Origin: Thermoplasmata archaeon
Lineage (GTDB): Archaea; Thermoplasmatota; Thermoplasmata; Lutacidiplasmatales; UBA184
NCBI GenBank assembly: GCA_027314165.1
Contig: DAHVCH010000011.1
Span: 1,990 to 65,989, forward strand
Direction: 5' to 3'
Length of the DNA stretch: 64,000 bases
Translations under genes and position numbers: made by a program
Part shown: piece after piece, positions 59,981 to 64,000 of the stretch
How positions within the stretch are numbered: the first letter of the stretch is position 1
Layout: every line of letters begins with the position of its first letter
Notes under the pieces: generated by a model
Database searches by the model: none
Told to the model about the DNA's origin: nothing
What the model saw: only the letters and a program-made list of their open reading frames with translations

Positions 59981-61417
59981 GTGATCGGAGCAGGACCGCG
60001 CCGCTTCCTCGCCACCGCGGTGCTCCACCTCGCGGCGCTGGGGGCCCTCATGGCCAGCGGCGTCGTGGGCCTCGACGCGCTCCTCTGGCTCTTCCTGGTG
60101 GGGTTCCTCGGGCACACGCTCGTGGGCTTCGCCTGGCACCTTGCCCCCTCCATCTCTCGACGGAGGCTCGTGGGTGTCCCCTCGGGGCCCGCGTACTGGG
60201 TCGCGGCCGAGCTCTCGGTGCTCGGGGGTACGGTCGGCCTCTCGGGGGAGCTGCCCCCAGCCTTCGGTCGAGGGGTCTGGTTCGCCGCCGCCGTGCTCTG
60301 GCTCGTCGTGAGCGCGGTGTTCATGGCGGCGCTCTTGCGGTCGTCCCGAGGCCCGGCGCTCGGAGCCCCGCCCGCCCCCAGACCCGCGGACGCGTTCGCG
60401 GCCACGCTCTTCCTCCTCTCCTGGCCCTTCGGGACGGCCGCCGCCGCGCTGTGGGTCCTGAGCGCCGTTCAGGACGGGCCGGGGCTCGGCTACTGGCTCG
60501 CGGGCGTCCACGCGTTCGTCCTGGGACAGGTCGCCCTCCTCATCTTCGGCGTCAGCCTCCGCCTGCTCCCCCGATTCGTAGGCGCGGACGGGCCGAGATG
60601 GCTTGCCGGGGCACTCGTCGTCTCCGCCGTCGTGGGGGCCCTGGGGATCCCCGCGACGATGCTCCTCGTCCCGGTCGGGGAGATCTGGGTCGTCGGGGTC
60701 CCCGGGCTCTTCGAGGGCATGGCGGCCCTCCTGTTCCTGGTCCAGCTCCTCTGGACCGGGGCCCGTGCGACGACGCCCCGTCGCGCCCATGCCATCTACC
60801 TCGCGGGAGCGGTGTTGCTCTGCGCCGGCGGCTCGCTGGGGCTTCGGATGGTTACGACCTCGGACCTCGCGATCGTCGGCATCCACGCCTGGACCACCCT
60901 CCTCGGGTTCACAGGGCTCATGGTGCTGGGGATGTGGTTCAGCATGATCGCCCCCTTTCAGTTCCTCTCCCACCGGTGGACGCTCCGGGCGCTCGCGGTC
61001 GGAGCCATCCTGCAGATCTCCGCCGTGCTCCTCGTGTGGTCGGAGCTCGCAATCCCCCGATCGGCCGTCGCCCTTGCCACCGCGCTCGCGGGCGGTCTCG
61101 AAGCGGTGTCGGGGGTCCTCTGGGCCCTCGGAACCCTTCCGGTCCTCTTCCCGAGCCTTCTCCCGGAGGAGGCGCGCTGGAGGGAACGCGGCGTAGTGGG
61201 CCGGCTGCGGTTCCCCTCGATCAACCCGGGCCGTCGGAGGAGCTCAGCATCGTGGAGATGGTACGGTGGAGCTCGGCCGCCTCCCCCTCCGAGACCTCCG
61301 GGCCGAACCAAGGATAGAGCTGGCCTTCCTCTCGGGTGTTATGGGCCCACAGGACGTTGCGAAGGACCGTGGAGGGCTCCTCCAGCCCCTTGTCCCCGGC
61401 CTCGACATGGCCCATGA
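59981..61417 (+). CDS. Polytopic (~12 TM) His-containing membrane protein of unknown function
   Basis: …FLVGFLGHTLVGFAWHLAPSI…, …WLAGVHAFVLGQVALLIFGVSLRLLPRF…, …IVGIHAWTTLLGFTGLMVLGMWFSMIAP…. GTG start preceded by GGGAGG. The last ~65 codons are R/P-rich and overlap the convergent hemerythrin gene, so the true C-terminus is uncertain. Confidence 0.55.
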   Translation: MIGAGPRRFLATAVLHLAALGALMASGVVGLDALLWLFLVGFLGHTLVGFAWHLAPSISRRRLVGVPSGPAYWVAAELSVLGGTVGLSGELPPAFGRGVWFAAAVLWLVVSAVFMAALLRSSRGPALGAPPAPRPADAFAATLFLLSWPFGTAAAALWVLSAVQDGPGLGYWLAGVHAFVLGQVALLIFGVSLRLLPRFVGADGPRWLAGALVVSAVVGALGIPATMLLVPVGEIWVVGVPGLFEGMAALLFLVQLLWTGARATTPRRAHAIYLAGAVLLCAGGSLGLRMVTTSDLAIVGIHAWTTLLGFTGLMVLGMWFSMIAPFQFLSHRWTLRALAVGAILQISAVLLVWSELAIPRSAVALATALAGGLEAVSGVLWALGTLPVLFPSLLPEEARWRERGVVGRLRFPSINPGRRRSSASWRWYGGARPPPPPRPPGRTKDRAGLPLGCYGPTGRCEGPWRAPPAPCPRPRHGP

Positions 61418-61712
61418 ACCGCTCCAGCGCGTCCCGGATCTGGACGTGCTCCTCTCGAAGGAGCTCGAGGAGGTGGTGCTCCCGACCGTCAGTGTGCTCC
61501 TCGTAGAACGGGAAGACCATCCCCTCCTCCACCTGGATGTGGCGTAGCAGGCCGCTCGTAAACTCCCGGAAGAGGGCGGTCGCCCGAGCCGGGTCGGTCC
61601 CCCATAGCCGCATCCCCTGGTCCCAGATCTCGTCCAGCCGAGCATGGTCCGCTTCCAGCGCTTGCCCAAGGGCGAGGGAAGGGCCCTCCGGGCCGGGGGG
61701 GTCGGCAGGCAT
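61221..61712 (-). CDS. Hemerythrin HHE cation-binding domain protein
   Basis: …LEADHARLDEIW…, …LLRHIQVEEGMVFPFYEEH…, …LREEHVQIRDAL…, …LWAHNTREEGQLYPWF… are the four-helix H/E ligand motifs. Confidence 0.8.
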   Translation of the reverse strand: MPADPPGPEGPSLALGQALEADHARLDEIWDQGMRLWGTDPARATALFREFTSGLLRHIQVEEGMVFPFYEEHTDGREHHLLELLREEHVQIRDALERFMGHVEAGDKGLEEPSTVLRNVLWAHNTREEGQLYPWFGPEVSEGEAAELHRTISTMLSSSDGPG

Positions 61713-61931
61713 GGCCGGTCCAGGCCCTCCATCCCCCTGAAGCGAGCACCTAGAGGGCTCGGTTCACGACACGGGCCAGGTCCCACACGGGGGGGGGACG
61801 GGGAGAAGCGCCTCGGCGTGCCCGACCCGTGGTACAGGATAGCAAGACCCCCCACGGGATCGGGGTCCAGTGGAGCCGGCTCCACCTAACGCATAAAGAG
61901 GCCGTCACCGTCGGAGGGCGCAGTGAGAAAC

Positions 61932-62138
61932 ATGGCGGGTTTCAACTTCGCCTGCAAGGACGTCGGAATGAAATGCGACTTCGAGATACGCGGTGCGTCG
62001 ACGAAGGACGAGGCCATGCAAGAGGCCGCGGCCCACGCCAAGCACGCGCACCAGTTGGAGACCATCTCCCCCGAGCTTGGGGCGAAGGTCTCCGCGGCGA
62101 TCCGGCAGGGTGGGGGACTCCTCCCGCACCACCTCTGA
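61932..62138 (+). CDS. DUF1059-family small protein
   Basis: MAGFNFACKDVGMKCDFEIRGASTKDEAMQEAAAHAKHAHQ… matches the DUF1059 pattern (F.C.D.G..C.F…H…H). A CATAAAGA box lies about 35 nt upstream. Confidence 0.7.
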   Translation: MAGFNFACKDVGMKCDFEIRGASTKDEAMQEAAAHAKHAHQLETISPELGAKVSAAIRQGGGLLPHHL

Positions 62139-62213
62139 TCGGCCAACCTTTCGCCTCGGACGCCCTGGCCTGATGGCCGGGGCGCCCTCCCGCGAACCCC
62201 CTGGCGCGGGGGC

Positions 62214-62981
62214 TCAGCACTCCGAGCCTGGGGGCTCTTCCTTCCGGCGCAGCAGCTGCACGTAGTGGTGGGGACCGCCCTTCCACGCCCGAACCACCTT
62301 GAGGCCCGCCTGGGCGAGCCTTTCGGCCGCTTCCTCCGGAGTGTGCCGGATCTCGAGGGGGGGCCCTCCGGGGGTCTCCCGCTTCTCCCAATCCAGGTTC
62401 ACGAAGCATCCACCGGGCCGAAGCAACCGTACCGCCTCCGCCACGGTCTCCTTCGGCACGTCGTGGAGGACCGTCGCCATCAGGACCATGTCCGCGACCC
62501 CCGTGGGGAGAGGGATCCGTTCCGGCGTGCTCGCCACCACCTCCACCTGAGGGAGGTGCTCCTTCGTGCGCCGCTCTTCGAGCAGCCCGACGAGGTCCTT
62601 GGAGACGTCGACGGCGTAGACCTTCCCTGCAGGTCCCACACGCCGTGCGGCGGGGAAGGCGAAGAACCCGGTCCCGGCGCCCACGTCGACCACCACGCTC
62701 CCCGGGAGCAGCTCGACCTCCTTCCAGAGGGCGTCCGGGTCCAGCATGCTCCTGCGCTCGGGCGACTCCAGGACCGCGACCGCCTGCTCCCGGGACCATC
62801 CCGGGTGACCGCCCGGACCGTGCCCGTGCCCGTGGCCATGGCCGTGGCCATGCGCTCCGACGTGCCCCTGCCCTCGTTCATGTCCGTGGCCGTCCCCTTG
62901 TCCGTGGCTCTGCGCGTGCCCGTGACCTTCGGAGGCCGTGGCGGGGCGGGCGCTCGAGGACGTACGGTCCTCTCGGCTCAC
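62214..62981 (-). CDS. Class I SAM-dependent methyltransferase with His/Gly-rich N-terminal tract
   Basis: The GTG at 62981 overlaps the DUF302 stop (GTGA). N-terminus …SEGHGHAQSHGQGDGHGHERGQGHVGAHGHGHGHGHGHGPGGH…. Then VVDVGAGTGFFAFPAARRVG…VYAVDVS… (motif I/II) and …LRPGGCFVNLDW…. Confidence 0.75.
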   Translation of the reverse strand: MSREDRTSSSARPATASEGHGHAQSHGQGDGHGHERGQGHVGAHGHGHGHGHGHGPGGHPGWSREQAVAVLESPERRSMLDPDALWKEVELLPGSVVVDVGAGTGFFAFPAARRVGPAGKVYAVDVSKDLVGLLEERRTKEHLPQVEVVASTPERIPLPTGVADMVLMATVLHDVPKETVAEAVRLLRPGGCFVNLDWEKRETPGGPPLEIRHTPEEAAERLAQAGLKVVRAWKGGPHHYVQLLRRKEEPPGSEC

Positions 62982-63397
62982 GCGTGGCTCCCGGCGCCGT
63001 GGGGGGTGGCCGTGGCGTCGACCGCCTGGATGAGCTGCGTCTCGACCTCTTCCGCGAGCGCGCGGAGCGCGGGAGGCGGCGACATCAGCCCCATCGCGCT
63101 CGTGGGCCGAAGGAGCGCGACGCGGGTGTGTCCCTCCTCGCGCGAGACCACGATCTTGCACGGCAGGAGGAGCGCCACGTCCCTGGAGGCCTTGAGCGCC
63201 TTGTCGGCCAGGCGAGGGGAGCAGACGTCCAGGAGGACGACCGGTTCGATGTCCGCCCCGATCTTCTCCTTCAGGAGGTCGTGCACCCGGAGGTTGGCCA
63301 GGATGCCGAAGCCCCTGGACTTGAGCTCCTGCTCCAGGCGGGCGACGGCCTCGTCGACCGTCCCGCCGGGCTGGACCGCGTAGGAGATGCCGGTCAT
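62978..63397 (-). CDS. DUF302-domain protein
   Basis: MTGISYAVQPGGTVDEAVARLEQELKSRGFGILANLRVHDLLKEKIGADIEPVVLLDVCSPRLADKAL…LPCKIVV… is the DUF302 signature. ATGA overlap with the thioredoxin stop. Confidence 0.8.
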   Translation of the reverse strand: MTGISYAVQPGGTVDEAVARLEQELKSRGFGILANLRVHDLLKEKIGADIEPVVLLDVCSPRLADKALKASRDVALLLPCKIVVSREEGHTRVALLRPTSAMGLMSPPPALRALAEEVETQLIQAVDATATPHGAGSHA

Positions 63398-63849
63398 GCG
63401 TACCCCGAGGGAGGGGCGCCCGCCGCGGGAAGGTGGAACGCGCGAAGGACCCGCTGCAGGAGCATCTCCTTCGCCATGACGCCCATCGTGCGGTCGACCA
63501 GGCGTCCGTGGTCGAAGTAGAGGAGGGTGGGGATCGCCTCGACCCCGAACTGGCCCGCGATCGCGGGCTCCTCGTCGGCGTTCAGCTTCGCGAACCGTAC
63601 CTGCCCGGCGAGGTCCTTCGCGAGCGCATCGACCGTCGGGGAGAGGTAGCGGCAGGGGCCGCACCAGGGGGCCCAGACGTCCACCACCAGGCGGGGGTTC
63701 TCGGAGAGGACCCGCGAGAAGGTCGAGGTCGTCGCCTGCACGGGCTCGATCCCGGCCGTCGCGGGCGGCGCTTGCTCTTTCGGCCTGGTCATCAGTTGCG
63801 CTAGCCGCCTCTGGCGAAGCTCCTGAAGCTCCGCGTCCTCCTCGTTCAT
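63394..63849 (-). CDS. trx: Thioredoxin
   Basis: …VVDVWAPWCGPCRYLSPTVDALA…FAKLNADEEPAIAGQFGVEAIPTLLYF… with the WCGPC active site. ATG 63849 is preceded by GGAGG. Confidence 0.9.
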   Translation of the reverse strand: MNEEDAELQELRQRRLAQLMTRPKEQAPPATAGIEPVQATTSTFSRVLSENPRLVVDVWAPWCGPCRYLSPTVDALAKDLAGQVRFAKLNADEEPAIAGQFGVEAIPTLLYFDHGRLVDRTMGVMAKEMLLQRVLRAFHLPAAGAPPSGYA

Positions 63850-63850
63850 C

Positions 63851-64000
63851 TCAAGCCTCCACCGGTGTCCCGTGGTCCGCAGGGGCACGTGTCCCCGCCC
63901 CGCTCACGTCCGCCGCAGGAGAGGCAGGGCTCGAAGGACAATAGGCCTTCGCAAGGTAGGTCGAGACGTCGGTGATCTTCACGTCCTCCGGGGCGACACG
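63851..64000 (-). CDS. 3' end of an unidentified upstream gene (partial, enters from the right edge)
   Basis: My own translation of the minus strand from base 64000 gives RVAPEDVKITDVSTYLAKAYCPSSPASPAADVSGAGTRAPADHGTPVEA-stop (TGA 63853-63851). The stop sits 1 nt before the trx ATG. No family assignable from 49 residues. Confidence 0.3.
   Translation of the reverse strand, partial: RVAPEDVKITDVSTYLAKAYCPSSPASPAADVSGAGTRAPADHGTPVEA

Noticed and set aside
58793-60973. 726-aa minus-strand ORF spanning three real genes
   Set aside because: It crosses gene boundaries of the membrane protein, DUF2249 and the divergent membrane protein in off-frames. It has an extreme R/G/P/E composition.
58333-61417. 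Naming the two polytopic membrane proteins as NnrS
   Set aside because: The context (DUF2249, hemerythrin) is reminiscent of NnrS neighbourhoods. However, I could not match the sequences to NnrS motifs from memory with any certainty, so they remain 'unknown function' with NnrS-like only as a hypothesis.

Overview
Very GC-rich archaeal chromosomal segment. The archaeal call rests on the conserved Rpo7(E')-Spt4-DUF359-S24e-S27ae block, archaeal-type GAPDH and ProRS, Alba, DUF373, and AT-rich TATA-like boxes about 25-35 nt upstream of many start codons. I support about 60 protein genes and 4 tRNAs. I found no rRNA and no CRISPR array.

Main blocks:
- (i) The left edge holds a tyrosine-integrase gene abutting the 3' end of tRNA-Met, which looks like the border of an integrated element lying mostly off-window.
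- (ii) A phosphate regulon: an abrB-phoU/pstS/pstC/pstA/pstB/phoU operon joined by ATGA overlaps, divergent from an MFS phosphate transporter fused to a DUF47/PhoU-like domain. A shared ACTATAG-GTCTAC-type motif sits in the promoter regions.
- (iii) A slightly lower-GC islet with an intron-containing tRNA-Asn, an odd tRNA-Arg and an orphan SPPY DNA methyltransferase.
- (iv) Housekeeping genes: ClC channel, MarR-MFS pair, ribosomal/RNAP block, gap, ACAD, thiL-like, ABC transporter, gdhA, proS and others.
- (v) Tandem STAND-NTPase/TPR paralogs, one lacking the NTPase and one frameshifted.
- (vi) Divergent giant surface proteins, one with an SH3b + papain-fold amidase + 4 PKD architecture (peptidoglycan-hydrolase-like).
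- (vii) Alba preceded by an in-frame run of 28 Gly codons.
- (viii) A right-hand island of hemerythrin, DUF2249, IscA-like/DUF59, DUF1059, DUF302, thioredoxin, a His-rich methyltransferase and two unassigned polytopic membrane proteins. This island is my best candidate for an uncharacterised redox / NO / metal-stress system.

The many long ORFs antisense to real genes are GC-driven artefacts. All family calls come from reading motifs by eye, without database searches.
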